A stretch of 63,979 bases of DNA, filler included, from Octopus bimaculoides (taxonomy: Eukaryota), in assembly GCF_001194135.2 (NCBI RefSeq). It is 5 parts of 4 records of this genome, joined end to end, with 100 filler letters (N's around TTAATTAATTAA, not from the genome) between each part and the next. Parts side by side here need not be neighbours in the genome. Positions count along the whole stretch, not along the records: positions 1 to 29,192 come from NC_068989.1; positions 29,293 to 35,801 come from NC_068983.1; positions 35,902 to 59,196 come from NC_068983.1; 2 more parts are not named here. The stretch is one strand, 5' to 3'. Under the pieces are notes generated by a model that worked only from the letters and a program-made list of their open reading frames with translations, had not been told where the DNA came from and did no database searches. Positions within the stretch are counted from its first letter, which is position 1, and every line of letters starts with the position of its first letter. The position numbers and the translations under genes were made by a program. Shown here one piece after another: positions 26,991 to 39,110 of the stretch.

Positions 26991-27949
26991 TAACTTCAGC
27001 AAAAAAAAAAAAATAATAAATAAAAAAGGAAAATTTACCTGTATTATTTTTTATAAACTGGCCGTTTTGATTGCCAAATTTCTTTCTTTTTTCTTCNNNN
27101 NNNNNNNNNNNNNNNNNNNNNNNNNNNNNNNNNNNNNNNNNNNNNNNNNNNNNNNNNNNNNNNNNNNNNNNNNNNNNNNNNNNNNNNNNNNNNNNNNNNN
27201 NNNNNNNNNNNNNNNNNNNNNNNNNNNNNNNNNNNNNNNNNNNNNNNNNNNNNNNNNNNNNNNNNNNNNNNNNNNNNNNNNNNNNNNNNNNNNNNNNNNN
27301 NNNNNNNNNNNNNNNNNNNNNNNNNNNNNNNNNNNNNNNNNNNNNNNNNNNNNNNNNNNNNNNNNNNNNNNNNNNNNNNNNNNNNNNNNNNNNNAGTTGT
27401 TTGTTCAATAGAATTGCCCACTAATTTAATTACTGGTGTCAGTAGTTATGTATTCCACAGACATGGAATGGAATTTTGGGGTGGAATTAGCATGGCCTTG
27501 TTTGTGAGACAAAGCCTATTTTTTGTATGAACAGATACAGTTTCCTTCTGACACTCAGTGATAAGCTTGTGTTGACCTGAGGCTTGGGTAGATGACCTTT
27601 GGTCAAGGTGCCAAGCATTGAGACAGAACCTGCAACCTTGTAAATGTGATTCAATCTTCTTAACCAGTCACTCAAACCTGCAAATACACACATACATACA
27701 CAAAACTAATTGGGTGTATAATATCATAAACATGTGACTATTAAAATGCTGGAATTAATAAAGCTAATAACACAATCAGAATTATTTTCATATAGTATTT
27801 AAGGAGTGGTGATGTGAGCTTTCCTGAACAGATATCAGTAGACAAAAATGAAAGAACTAATTACAAAACTTATGTGAAAAAAAAAAACATTCAAAGTAAA
27901 AAAAGAAAACTGCTTAAGCACTCACCCATAATTTATCTCTTGTCTTTTA

Positions 27950-28362
27950 TTTTTTACTTACTTTCAGTCATTAGACTACAACCAGGTGGAGCATCACCCT
28001 AGAAATTTTTTAATGGAATGAATCACCACCCCTAATACTTGTATGTCTTTTTTAAGCCTGATACTTATTCTGTTGGCCATTTTTGCTGAACCACTAAGTT
28101 ACACAAACACAAACACACCAATGACGATTGTCAAGCAATGATAGGGGACAAACACAAACACACACACTCTCTCTCTCTCTCACACACACACATATATATG
28201 ACAGGTTTCTCTCAGTTTCCATCTACCAAATCCACTCACAAGGCTTTGGTCATCCCAAGGCTAATGTAGAAGACACTTGCCCAAGGTGCCATGCAGTGGG
28301 ACTGAACCCAGAACCATGTGGCTGGGAAGCAAGCTTCTTACCACACAGCTATGCCTGCACCT
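27950..28362 (-). mobile_element. SINE family A, full-length, CpG-decayed
   Basis: Collinear with 43094-43532 over head, central microsatellite and tail. Confidence 0.85.
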
Positions 28363-28851
28363 GGCTGAAAATAGTAGATTCAGAACTTACAGTAAGTAAA
28401 AGAAAATTTGCTTAAGAACTAGTTGAATGCATATGAACCACCTGACAGACCTATGACCAAGGGTATTCCAACCACTCATTCCAGTCCCAGTCCATTTTGT
28501 ATATCAAAAACATTACCTAGTGTGTCTTTTTCTGGTAAAAGTCTCTTGTGTGTAATTCAAAGAAGATTTGGCTGCTATTTCTAACAGGCCCAGAAGCCAA
28601 ATGCAGGCTCACTTGTTTTCAACTAACTGCGAATGATTAATGGAGAAAAAGAATGTTGGAAGCAAAAATGAGGAAAAAAAATCTAAACAATGTCAAATAT
28701 ATTATTTTGTAAATTGTTTTTGTAACTTAATGAATAAATAATATCATTAAAATTATATTTTTCTTCAAGGAATTCTTTATATATACCTACCTAACCCCTT
28801 CACACACACACATTATTATTATTGTTGTTGTTGTTGCTATTGTTGTTATTA

Positions 28852-29175
28852 AGGTGAGGAGCTAGCAGAATCACTAGCACGCCAGTTGAAATGCTTAACG
28901 GTATTTTGTCTGCCACTGCGTTCTGAGTTCAAATTCCGCCGAGGTCGACTTTGCCATTCATCCTTTCGGGGTCGATAAATTAAGTACCAGTTACGGACTG
29001 GGGTCGATATAATCGACTTAATCCGTTTGTCTGTCCTTGTTTGTCCCCTCTGTGTGTAGCCCCTTGTGGGCAGTAAAACAATAGGTATTTCGTCTACTGC
29101 TATGTTTTGAGTAAAAATTCTGCTCAAGGTCGACTTTGCTTTTCATCCTTTCGGGGTCAACTAAATAAGTAGCAG
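28852..29175 (+). mobile_element. SINE family B with internal partial duplication
   Basis: Near-consensus head and body; ggtcgactttgc..ttcatcctttcggggtc occurs twice. Confidence 0.88.
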
Positions 29176-29192
29176 TTTGTAGTGGCCGCCAT

Positions 29193-29292
29193 NNNNNNNN
29201 NNNNNNNNNNNNNNNNNNNNNNNNNNNNNNNNNNNNTTAATTAATTAANNNNNNNNNNNNNNNNNNNNNNNNNNNNNNNNNNNNNNNNNNNN
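29193..29292. other. Artificial scaffolding gap (N44-TTAATTAATTAA-N44)
   Basis: Exactly 100 bp with a central six-frame stop linker; identical at three other sites. Confidence 0.95.
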
Positions 29293-29528
29293 CGAAATTC
29301 CCACATTCAATCAGAACATTCACAACGATTTCAATGTATTTATTCTTTGAATGCAAAATGCTTTATTAAAAATACCTATACAGCAACACAACACTTATTA
29401 GTTTAAACTTTCGTGTTTAGCCCAAGGTAGACCACTTGAATTTTAACATGTTCTAATCTGTTAATGAGGAGATAAATCAAAGAGATATTTCACTCATCTA
29501 CTAACTGCGTATATGACCATGCGCTTAC

Positions 29529-29696
29529 TGATGTTTTAAATACTTTGTTTGGAAAAACGGATGGCAAGGGGTGATCTGTCGATGGTCCATTAGAATTGAC
29601 GAAATGCTGGGAGTAAATCCGGCTATTTGCAGTGTAAACAAAGTCTTTTCTCACAAGTCTCGATCTCTGAAGCCAAATACGACGAATAAGCGACAT
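29529..29696 (-). CDS. Possible first coding exon of a mitochondria-targeted protein
   Basis: ATG start; MSLIRRIWLQRSRLVRK is Arg-rich and acid-free like a presequence; gtaagc donor after 56 codons; unique CpG-containing DNA; no family recognised. Confidence 0.4.
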
Positions 29697-29988
29697 TTGC
29701 AGGGTATCTATGAAGTGAAATAACTTTGCCGTCTACATTCTTCCCTCTATAATTGCTGCATATACAACAGTATTAGCGCGATTTCTTCGGAGACATATTA
29801 ACCGGTTATACAGTCTGTGAGTCATTAGTCCGCGTATGTAAAAGCAAGTCACTGAGCATGCGTACATGTCATACGGGAGAGTTCCAATCAGGGGCGGATA
29901 AGTAACTTATCGGAACCACTTATAGGCATACGCAAATGAAATCTCTGAAAACAAGTTGTTTAGTTAATTGAGTAAGGGTACCTTCTCG

Positions 29989-30619
29989 ATGTCATCAATA
30001 ATGGGTACCCTTGGTAGGTGCGATTTGTGTATAGTCTCGTATACATCCAAACAACACAAAGAAAGTCATTTAAAGGGAAAGAAGCATCAAAAAAAATTTT
30101 CTGAAAGAGAACGTTTTTGCACATCTCTACCTATTCGGCAGGTAGAATCGCCAAGTAATGTACAGCCGGTACACGCAGCTTTGAGTAACATACCCCCATA
30201 TAATACCGAAGCCATTACAGAACCGACAAGATCACAAAATGTATCTATTAACGTGCAGACGACACAGACGTGCAAAGAAGATGAGAACATTGTTTCGCTA
30301 CGGCCCACGTCTTTAGATCGTAACGAATTTATACGCATTTATAAAGATGAAGACGACGAGATAATAGGATATAAATGCACTCTTTGTTCTAAAAAACTTC
30401 AATGTGCTAGTGCTGTAACTTCTCATTTGCAAAGTAGCGCACACTGCAAAAATGTCTCCGAACAACCATCAAAACTTTATAATTTACCTCCTATCGTACA
30501 CCACTGTGAAGACCCGATCGATGAAGCTTATTGCTTGACAGATTCAATTCCGAGAGGTTACCAAGTCGAATTGTTTGAAAAATCTTATTGTTACGACAGC
30601 ATTATATTTTTACCCACAG
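29989..30619 (+). CDS. First coding exon: two JAZ/U1-type C2H2 fingers plus start of a Dicer/RIG-I/FANCM-type SF2 helicase
   Basis: 210 open codons; CDLC-x12-H-x5-H and CTLC-x12-H-x5-H; PRGYQVELFEKSYCYDSIIFLPTG equals Q motif plus the first half of motif I; GT donor (ACAG/gtttga) inside the Gly codon. Confidence 0.75.
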
Positions 30620-30907
30620 GTTTGATAGATATTTTCTGCTTTTTTAATATATTTTAAAAATAATTCCCGAAATATTGTAAATTTGCTCATTTTCAAAGGG
30701 TAAAAAAACACGAACAGAAAAAAAAAAACTTACGAACATTGGATTTCAGCAATAAGAATCGACCCCCCCCCCAAAAAAAAACTTGAAAAAAACCATAAGA
30801 TTCAAGACAAAATTTACTCTCACTTAGTGTTTTTTTAGGACTAAAGCAATCATCGATTCTAGGATTAGTTAAATTTTCATTTTAGTATGTTACTAAATCG
30901 AAAGTAA

Positions 30908-32599
30908 GTGTCCCACCCACGTCTTTGGATATTTCAGAAAAATGGATATTTTTTAANNNNNNNNNNNNNNNNNNNNNNNNNNNNNNNNNNNNNNNNNNNN
31001 NNNNNNNNNNNNNNNNNNNNNNNNNNNNNNNNNNNNNNNNNNNNNNNNNNNNNNNNNNNNNNNNNNNNNNNNNNNNNNNNNNNNNNNNNNNNNNNNNNNN
31101 NNNNNNNNNNNNNNNNNNNNNNNNNNNNNNNNNNNNNNNNNNNNNNNNNNNNNNNNNNNNNNNNNNNNNNNNNNNNNNNNNNNNNNNNNNNNNNNNNNNN
31201 NNNNNNNNNNNNNNNNNNNNNNNNNNNNNNNNNNNNNNNNNNNNNNNNNNNNNNNNNNNNNNNNNNNNNNNNNNNNNNNNNNNNNNNNNNNNNNNNNNNN
31301 NNNNNNNNNNNNNNNNNNNNNNNNNNNNNNNNNNNNNNNNNNNNNNNNNNNNNNNNNNNNNNNNNNNNNNNNNNNNNNNNNNNNNNNNNNNNNNNNNNNN
31401 NNNNNNNNNNNNNNNNNNNNNNNNNNNNNNNNNNNNNNNNNNNNNNNNNNNNNNNNNNNNNNNNNNNNNNNNNNNNNNNNNNNNNNNNNNNNNNNNNNNN
31501 NNNNNNNNNNNNNNNNNNNNNNNNNNNNNNNNNNNNNNNNNNNNNNNNNNNNNNNNNNNNNNNNNNNNNNNNNNNNNNNNNNNNNNNNNNNNNNNNNNNN
31601 NNNNNNNNNNNNNNNNNNNNNNNNNNNNNNNNNNNNNNNNNNNNNNNNNNNNNNNNNNNNNNAAAAATGGAGGATATTTTAATATTTTTTAATGAAATTT
31701 TCTACGAATATGTGCTATACCATGTAGATTCCGAATAGACAAAACTTTTGGGGTAAAATGTTTTAGGAGGGGTGGGTGGGGAATTTCCGGAAATTCACCG
31801 GCGCCCACTTCAATTCGTCTTAACTTTCAAGAAAATAGATATTTTTTAATGAAATTTTCTACAAATATACCTCGGACTATGTAGATTCCGAGAACATATG
31901 AATTTTTTGGGAAAACAGTTGGGCGTTACTTTTGAGGACCGTTCCCCCACTTGGGGGGTGTTTTGGAACAAGTCGTCCATATTAGTTTCATTTTCTCCGT
32001 TTTTTGCGTTTGTGCATCCGTAGATTTCTAGTCTCTCTCTCTCTCTCTCACACACACATATATATGTAATTAAAAAGTTCAAACAGGGAATTATTCTTTT
32101 CAATGTCTTTTTTTTAGAAACGTTTAGACCTTTAGCTGGTATTTTTAGCATTAGTTTTCTGGTGACAGCTTCATTGCTTGCTTCTTCAGTAGAAATCTAC
32201 GGATGCACAAACGCACAAAACGGAGAAAATGAAACTAACATGGACGACTTATTCCGAAACTCCCCTGAGTGGGAAACGGTCCTCAAAAGTAACCCCCAAT
32301 TGTTTCCCCCTTCAAAATCCCTACGTTCTTGGAATCTACATAGTCCGAGGTATATTTGTAGAAAGTTTCATTAAAAAATATCTATCTTCTTGAAAGTTAA
32401 GACGAATTGAAGTGGACGCCGGTGAATTTCCCGAAATTCCTCACCCTCCTAAAACATTTTCCCCCAAAAGTTTTGTGTATTCGGAATCTACATGAGATAA
32501 CACATTCGTAGAAAATTTCATTAAAAAATATCCATTTTTCTGAAAGTTATGATCATCCAAAGTCGGTGAGGAAGGGGTGCAGAAGTCCGTAGTTATGCC
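30908..32599. mobile_element. Foldback element with long subrepeated TIRs (Merlin-like)
   Basis: About 31663-32030 is the reverse complement of about 32190-32550, with internal subrepeats of about 170 bp; 160-bp spacer; left arm interrupted by a gap. Confidence 0.75.
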
Positions 32600-32798
32600 C
32601 GATTTTTGTATAATCGATCCATCGTAGGATCTACTAAGTTTCGTGTGAATTCCCGTGTGTAGAATACAGATACGCTAAAGTTTTCAAACAATTCAAAATA
32701 ATAATAATAATAGTAGTAGTAAAAAAAAAAAGTTACGAGGTGTTTGTTATATGGCGTGCTCAGAGTAGAATTCCGTGTTTATATAAATATCTGGCAAA

Positions 32799-32868
32799 GG
32801 TAAAGAATACCACCCGTTTTCGGCGATTGGGGTTACTCCGAAAACGGGTGGTGTGCGTATTCTTTACC
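32799..32868. repeat. Short GG-terminated hairpin / mini-MITE
   Basis: ggtaaagaatac-cacccgttttcgg pairs with ccgaaaacgggtg...gtattctttacc, with a 6-nt indel. Confidence 0.6.
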
Positions 32869-33074
32869 GACTATATCAGAATTTAATATGAAAAAATAAA
32901 TTTGGTGGGCTCGTACACGTGACCGCCCAAAGTCTGGGGGGTAAAACCCTGTAGTTATGCCCACGTACATACTAACACGTCACGTATATCTACAAAATGA
33001 AACTTGAAATTTCGAAGAAATTAGTGATATGTGTCGTATGTATGTGAATGTTCTTGTTTTCTTGTCAAATCAAA

Positions 33075-33238
33075 GGTAATTTTTCAGATTAACACCCGCA
33101 TGATCTTCACTAGGGTTTTAGGGTTTGGGTTAGGGAATTCCGTCCCTAACCCTAACCCTAAAACTTTAACCCTGACCCTAAAACCCTAACTCTAACACCC
33201 TAGTGAAAATCGTGCGGGTGTTAATCTGAAAAATTACC
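33075..33238. mobile_element. Merlin-type MITE containing inverted telomere-like repeats
   Basis: 42-bp TIRs starting GG; exact 8-bp TSD aaatcaaa (33067-33074 and 33239-33246); interior TTAGGG-like then CCCTAA-like units. Confidence 0.85.
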
Positions 33239-33460
33239 AAATCAAATTCCGATATAATCGTAATTTACATACTCTGAAAAGTATTTGTAGAAGGTAATCT
33301 TTCAATATAAGGTGTTTAAAAAAATAAATAAAAATTAACGGGGAAATAAGGGGAGATAAATAAGGGAACTTACTGTTAAATAACGTAGACATTGGCTATA
33401 GCCACCGAAAAATGAACAAAAGTCTTTTTCTTTGGTACAGAATTCCTCCATAATAAACTA

Positions 33461-33590
33461 GTGTAAATATGAAACAAATAAATTGTCTGACGTTCCAAAC
33501 TGACGTCGTAATTTTCTTTTTATCCGCATCCATATATTCTGCACATTTTGCGTATGGACGTCGTTATTTGTCGGATAATAAAATTTCATT
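33461..33590 (-). mobile_element. Merlin/IS1595-family transposase remnant
   Basis: FYYPTNNDVHTQNVQNIWMRIKRKLRRQFGTSDNLFVSYL matches the Merlin motif VHTQ.IE..W...K......G......YL. Confidence 0.75.
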
Positions 33591-35801
33591 AAAAAATTAC
33601 TGATGTTATGAAGAAACAAAGCTAACGTGTGTGAATTTCCCGAAGCTCCTTCCCCCTCCACAGTGTGTAAAAAAAAAATGTGTATGAAACGAATATGAAA
33701 ACAAAAATGCTCGCAAATCAACCTGGAGGTGGGAAGAGGACTTTTTGAAAATTCACAAGGTCTTTGAGGAAAATAGATATCTTTTGATGAAATTTTATAT
33801 AAATACCTTTCAAAGAGCATACATTATGGTTATAAAGAAATTCGTGGGGAAAATCTTTTCCGATGACATGGGGAGAGGTCTTTCGAAGAGAAAGAGGTTA
33901 TTCATAAATTATTTTTTTGCTTGAGGGTAATGGAAAAAAGTTTGAAAAACGGTGGAACCACATGCCTTGCCACCCATGAAAAAAGGGTGCGCAACAATCT
34001 CTACAGCTCACTGAAAATGAACGGCTGAAACAAGTGAAACAGCATGTTTCACGTACCTTTTGTATATGTTGGGCTTGTTTTTTCACTTTAAAGGTAAACG
34101 ATTCTCATAGAAGCAAACACGATATTAAATAATTCTCCGTCATACGTCTATTAAGAACTTTAACATACTGCCAAAATGGGATTTCATCCGCGTGCGTCTA
34201 TGTGTAGGTAAGGGTGTGTGTGCGCTGGGTGGTGAGGGGTGTGTGGATCAAATTTGGAGTTTTTCATATAAAGTTTGAAATTATTTAATTTTTTGTTTTT
34301 TGCATATTCAGAATCTCCGTCATCGAAAACCAAAGAATCCGCTGAGAAAAAAATAAAAAATTCCGAAAGCTTGTTTTTTTTGAGGGAGGAGTGTGACTGA
34401 CTGTTGTCCAGCTCCACCTGAAAAAAGAACTTAGATTCATTTTTTTCTTGTTTGAGTAATAGAAAAAGGTTTTTAAAAAGATCCCATGTATCATGATGAG
34501 AGAGAAAAATTCATAAATATGGTGTTGAATATGGTTTCACTATAGAAAAAAGTTAAGGCTGATTTAGCTGTTGTTTTTAGCATATTCACGACCGTCTGAT
34601 ATCATCCACATTTGTTTAATATTTTCGGTTAATTACTACAAGTTTGCTGAGCCACCAGTTAGCAAGTTAACAGCCTAATGGGTGTAGGAAGATCTGTATT
34701 GAATGTTTTACAGTATAAGCCTAGTTGGGAGTAAGAAGAATGTTTTAAAGTGTAAAAAATGCACCAACGTACCTTTTAGGAGTTATTGGTGAGCAACATC
34801 AAGAACCGGGATACATTCTTCCATATCATCAGGAACATGAGTATAGTCTTGCAGCCTCCAAAAAAAACTAATGAAGTCGCTGGGTTGGCTAGGTCTCATT
34901 CCAAGTCAAACAATACACCTTTTCAGGCTTCCCCCATAAACACTCAGTATTTTGAGTCTGAATAGAAAGGTATGCCGTTTGAAAGGTATTTATATAAAAC
35001 TAGCAAACGTATGGTTTAAGTTGCTTTGAACTACTGAGAAGGATAATGCACAGCAATCTATGTTTCCGATTAACCTAGGAATGCAAAACCAAATTGAAGG
35101 CTGGCTATTGTTGAGGTCGTTGCACTTTTTGATGCAAAGTAGAGCTACTGAAGTGTTTTGGGAGTAGATTACAGATAACGACAATAAAATATAGTGGTTT
35201 TACATGAAAGTGAAATTGCTTGTCAAAAACAGCCACATAAATGGTGTAAGGAAGACGTTAAAACTTCCACTCTGCGATTTTATTCAACAGTAAAGGGAAC
35301 TATTTTTTTTGGAAAGAAGTATGATTGGTATGTTAAAAAATGGTAGTGTACGACCACTCTGAAATTGACTTCAGGTAACGATGAATGAAGACATGAAGAG
35401 TTTGACTTCAGTTAAGGAATACTGCTTTGCATCTTAAGCAGTTCACAGTTGAAAGATGTTGCATTGTAAGGCAGACAAACAATAAATAAAAAAAAAAAAC
35501 GTGAAAACAACAAAAAAATATTCTGTAATGAAAATATAGGACCATACAGATTAAAACAGTATGGAAAACAGTCGAAACAACTAAATAAACAAAATGCTTT
35601 CACTTTACAAAATACACACCAATACACATAAAGAAATATAGAAAGTAATAATACACAATTACAACATAAATAAATAATAGAATAATTGTGAAAACCACTA
35701 GAAAATATTCTCTAATGCCAATATACAACCATATACATTAAAAAAGTATAGAAGACCCTACATACAAAAAAACTATGTACATACAATCATCATCATCATC
35801 A

Positions 35802-35901
35802 NNNNNNNNNNNNNNNNNNNNNNNNNNNNNNNNNNNNNNNNNNNNTTAATTAATTAANNNNNNNNNNNNNNNNNNNNNNNNNNNNNNNNNNNNNNNNNNN
35901 N
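35802..35901. other. Artificial scaffolding gap (N44-TTAATTAATTAA-N44)
   Basis: Same 100-bp linker structure. Confidence 0.95.
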
Positions 35902-35919
35902 ATATATATATATATATAT

Positions 35920-36154
35920 AAAGGGTGTTTAAAAAAATCTTTCCACACTAAGTATTTAATGGTTTTCGGACGATTTTAGTACACTGACCTTTTACTTCCT
36001 CCTCGGAATAAAAACCTGGCGGTGTTAAATCAGGTGATCTTGAAGGCCAAAGTCCCTTCGAAATAATCCATTCACCGAAAAACTCTTGAAGTAACGCCAT
36101 GGTGATGCGCAGGATGAAAAATTCACTGCGGAGAGATTTTTTGAACACCCTGTA
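35920..36154 (-). mobile_element. Internally deleted mariner element
   Basis: TIR-like ends (aagggtgtttaaaaaaatc / gagattttttgaacaccctgta); ALLQEFFGEWIISKGLWPSRSPDLTPP. Confidence 0.8.
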
Positions 36155-36159
36155 TACAT

Positions 36160-36325
36160 ACGATGAACTTCTTTCAGTTTCCGTCTACCAAATCCACACA
36201 CAAGGATTTGGTCGGCCCGTGGCTATAATAACAGACACGTTCCCAAGGTGTCACGCAGTAGGACTGAACCTAGAACCACGTGGTTGGTAAGCAAGCTTAT
36301 TATCACACAGCGACTCCTGCGCCTA
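36160..36325 (-). mobile_element. SINE family A, 5' half
   Basis: ttctttcagtttccgtctaccaaatcc...ggttggtaagcaagc. Confidence 0.85.
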
Positions 36326-37129
36326 ATATTAAAAAAAAATTCCGTTATATTTTTATAATTAAATATTAAGAAATGTGAAAACAAAATTATTGAAATATTT
36401 TGTGCATTGTAGATATATTGCACATAATCTTCAACCGCTAAATCTTCTTTGAGCTCCTTTCTGGGAACCACTGTAGCAGAATGTCGCAAGAAATGCTTTC
36501 CGATATTTCTTTCTGGTTCTTTGCAAATAGAAAATTTGAGTACTTCAGGATCTAAAGTCAGAGGAGTTCAATTCCTGCAGAAGTCAACTTAGCTTCTTGA
36601 CCTTTCGAGGTTGATAAATACAGTACCAGTCAAATACCCGGGTCGATGACATCGATTAATCTCCCCACCCCTCCATCGATTTTATTGGTCTTTTTCTCAA
36701 GTCAGACACCATTTTATTTCATTTGAAGAATTCCCATGGGAATTCTCGTGCCGGATGATCCATAATGTCATACGTTGATCTATTAATTCTCTGGTGATGT
36801 GAGTTAAAATTGGAAGAACTTATAAAATGTCATGGAAAGCAAGAACGCTTGCAGAGAAGGAATGGGTTTTGGCCCTGGCAACCTGCCAGAAACGATAGCA
36901 AAAGAAGAAAAAAAAACCCATAGATTATTACATTTATATCACAAACATCCTTGGGAAGGCAATGAACATCATCACATCCTCTCCTCCATCGCCGAAAGTA
37001 ACCAATGTCATTTTTCTAGAAACTTCATCTCAATACTACTCCTTGGTAAATTCTTCCCGCCACGATACCGTTCCCACTTCGTAGAAGAAAATGTTCATAT
37101 CTAAGAAGAAATTATCACTATTATTGCCA

Positions 37130-37236
37130 TCATCATGATCATGATCATCATCATGATCATGATGATGATGATCATCATCACCACCACCACCACCACCACC
37201 ACCACCATCATCAACATCATCATCATCACCACCACC

Positions 37237-37270
<34 letters not shown>

Positions 37271-38880
37271 TCATCATCACCACCACCACCACCACCACCA
37301 CCACCACCANNNNNNNNNNNNNNNNNNNNNNNNNNNNNNNNNNNNNNNNNNNNNNNNNNNNNNNNNNNNNNNNNNNNNNNNNNNNNNNNNNNNNNNNNNN
37401 NNNNNNNNNNNNNNNNNNNNNNNNNNNNNNNNNNNNNNNNNNNNNNNNNNNNNNNNNNNNNNNNNNNNNNNNNNNNNNNNNNNNNNNNNNNNNNNNNNNN
37501 NNNNNNNNNNNNNNNNNNNNNNNNNNNNNNNNNNNNNNNNNNNNNNNNNNNNNNNNNNNNNNNNNNNNNNNNNNNNNNNNNNNNNNNNNNNNNNNNNNNN
37601 NNNNNNNNNNNNNNNNNNNNNNNNNNNNNNNNNNNNNNNNNNNNNNNNNNNNNNNNNNNNNNNNNNNNNNNNNNNNNNNNNNNNNNNNNNNNNNNNNNNN
37701 NNNNNNNNNNNNNNNNNNNNNNNNNNNNNNNNNNNNNNNNNNNNNNNNNNNNNNNNNNNNNNNNNNNNNNNNNNNNNNNNNNNNNNNNNNNNNNNNNNNN
37801 NNNNNNNNNNNNNNNNNNNNNNNNNNNNNNNNNNNNNNNNNNNNNNNNNNNNNNNNNNNNNNNNNNNNNNNNNNNNNNNNNNNNNNNNNNNNNNNNNNNN
37901 NNNNNNNNNNNNNNNNNNNNNNNNNNNNNNNNNNNNNNNNNNNNNNNNNNNNNNNNNNNNNNNNNNNNNNNNNNNNNNNNNNNNNNNNNNNNNNNNNNNN
38001 NNNNNNNNNNNNNNNNNNNNNNNNNNNNNNNNNNNNNNNNNNNNNNNNNNNNNNNNNNNNNNNNNNNNNNNNNNNNNNNNNNNNNNNNNNNNNNNNNNNN
38101 NNNNNNNNNNNNCTCCCTCCCTCCCTCCTTCTCGCCTTCACTCTCTCTCTCCCTGTCTGCATATGTGTGTGTGCGTGTCCGTGTGTGCGTATCTGTGTGT
38201 GCGTGCGTGCGTGTATGTGTGTGTGTGTGTGCTTTATCCCACTAGCTTCTTTGATTCTGTGCTAGTTTGTCGCTTTGTCTCTCTGTTGAATGTCTATTAT
38301 TCAGTAATGACTGCTTTTGTGATCTTTTTCGTTGGGTATGTGTTTCTAGATTTCTGGCTGTCGTTATTTTCCTCATCATGATGAGGATGATGGCAGTGAT
38401 GTTTTTTTTGTGGCGATGGTGGTCGTGGCGATAGTGGTGATGACGGTGGTAGTGGTGGTGGTAGCGTGGATTATGATGGTGATGCCGGTGATGGTGGTGA
38501 TTGTGATGACGATGTTGATGACAATGATGATGATGATGATGATGATGATGATGCGGTGACGTACGAGAAGTAAGGTTATGGTCATGGTAGTGGTAATGAT
38601 GATGATGTTCATGATGATGATGATGATGATGATGATTACGATAGCAGTAATGACGATAGTGGTTGTGGTGATAATGGTGGTGGTGGTAGGGGGAAGATGA
38701 TTATGACGACGACGACGACGATGATGATGATGACGATGATGATGATGATGATGATGATGATGACGATGATGATGATGATGATGGCGCTGGTATTAGTGGT
38801 GATGAGGACTGTGACGACGACGACAGTGACGACGCCGACGATGAGTACGCACGACGATGGAGATGGTAATAATGACGATG
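37130..38880. repeat. Compound (CAT/CAC/GAT/GAC)n trinucleotide arrays around a gap
   Basis: Direct inspection; source of the poly-I/T/M/V pseudo-ORFs. Confidence 0.9.
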
Positions 38881-39110
38881 ATTTGCCGCATTATTTGACG
38901 TGACAAGAACCCCACAGTTTACGTTTTCTTGTTTTGCTGGAGACGCACTCAATTCAATTGGTAAATAAAATTGCTTATTTTGTATTCTATAGATAACATG
39001 AAGACGGGAAACAAAACCAGCAACTATTTATGTGGTTATTCTGAAGAGACATCGCTTTCGGTACCTATTTTGTTTAAGGCATTAAAATAACCTTCCAATT
39101 TTGTTGGAAG

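Noticed and set aside
34600-35280. Possible Penelope or LINE remnant
   Set aside because: The similarity is only impressionistic, with no intact motif.
36700-37110. 90-aa ORF 36832-37104 and possible exons in unique DNA
   Set aside because: No recognisable domain; candidate spliced frames contain stops or are too short to support.
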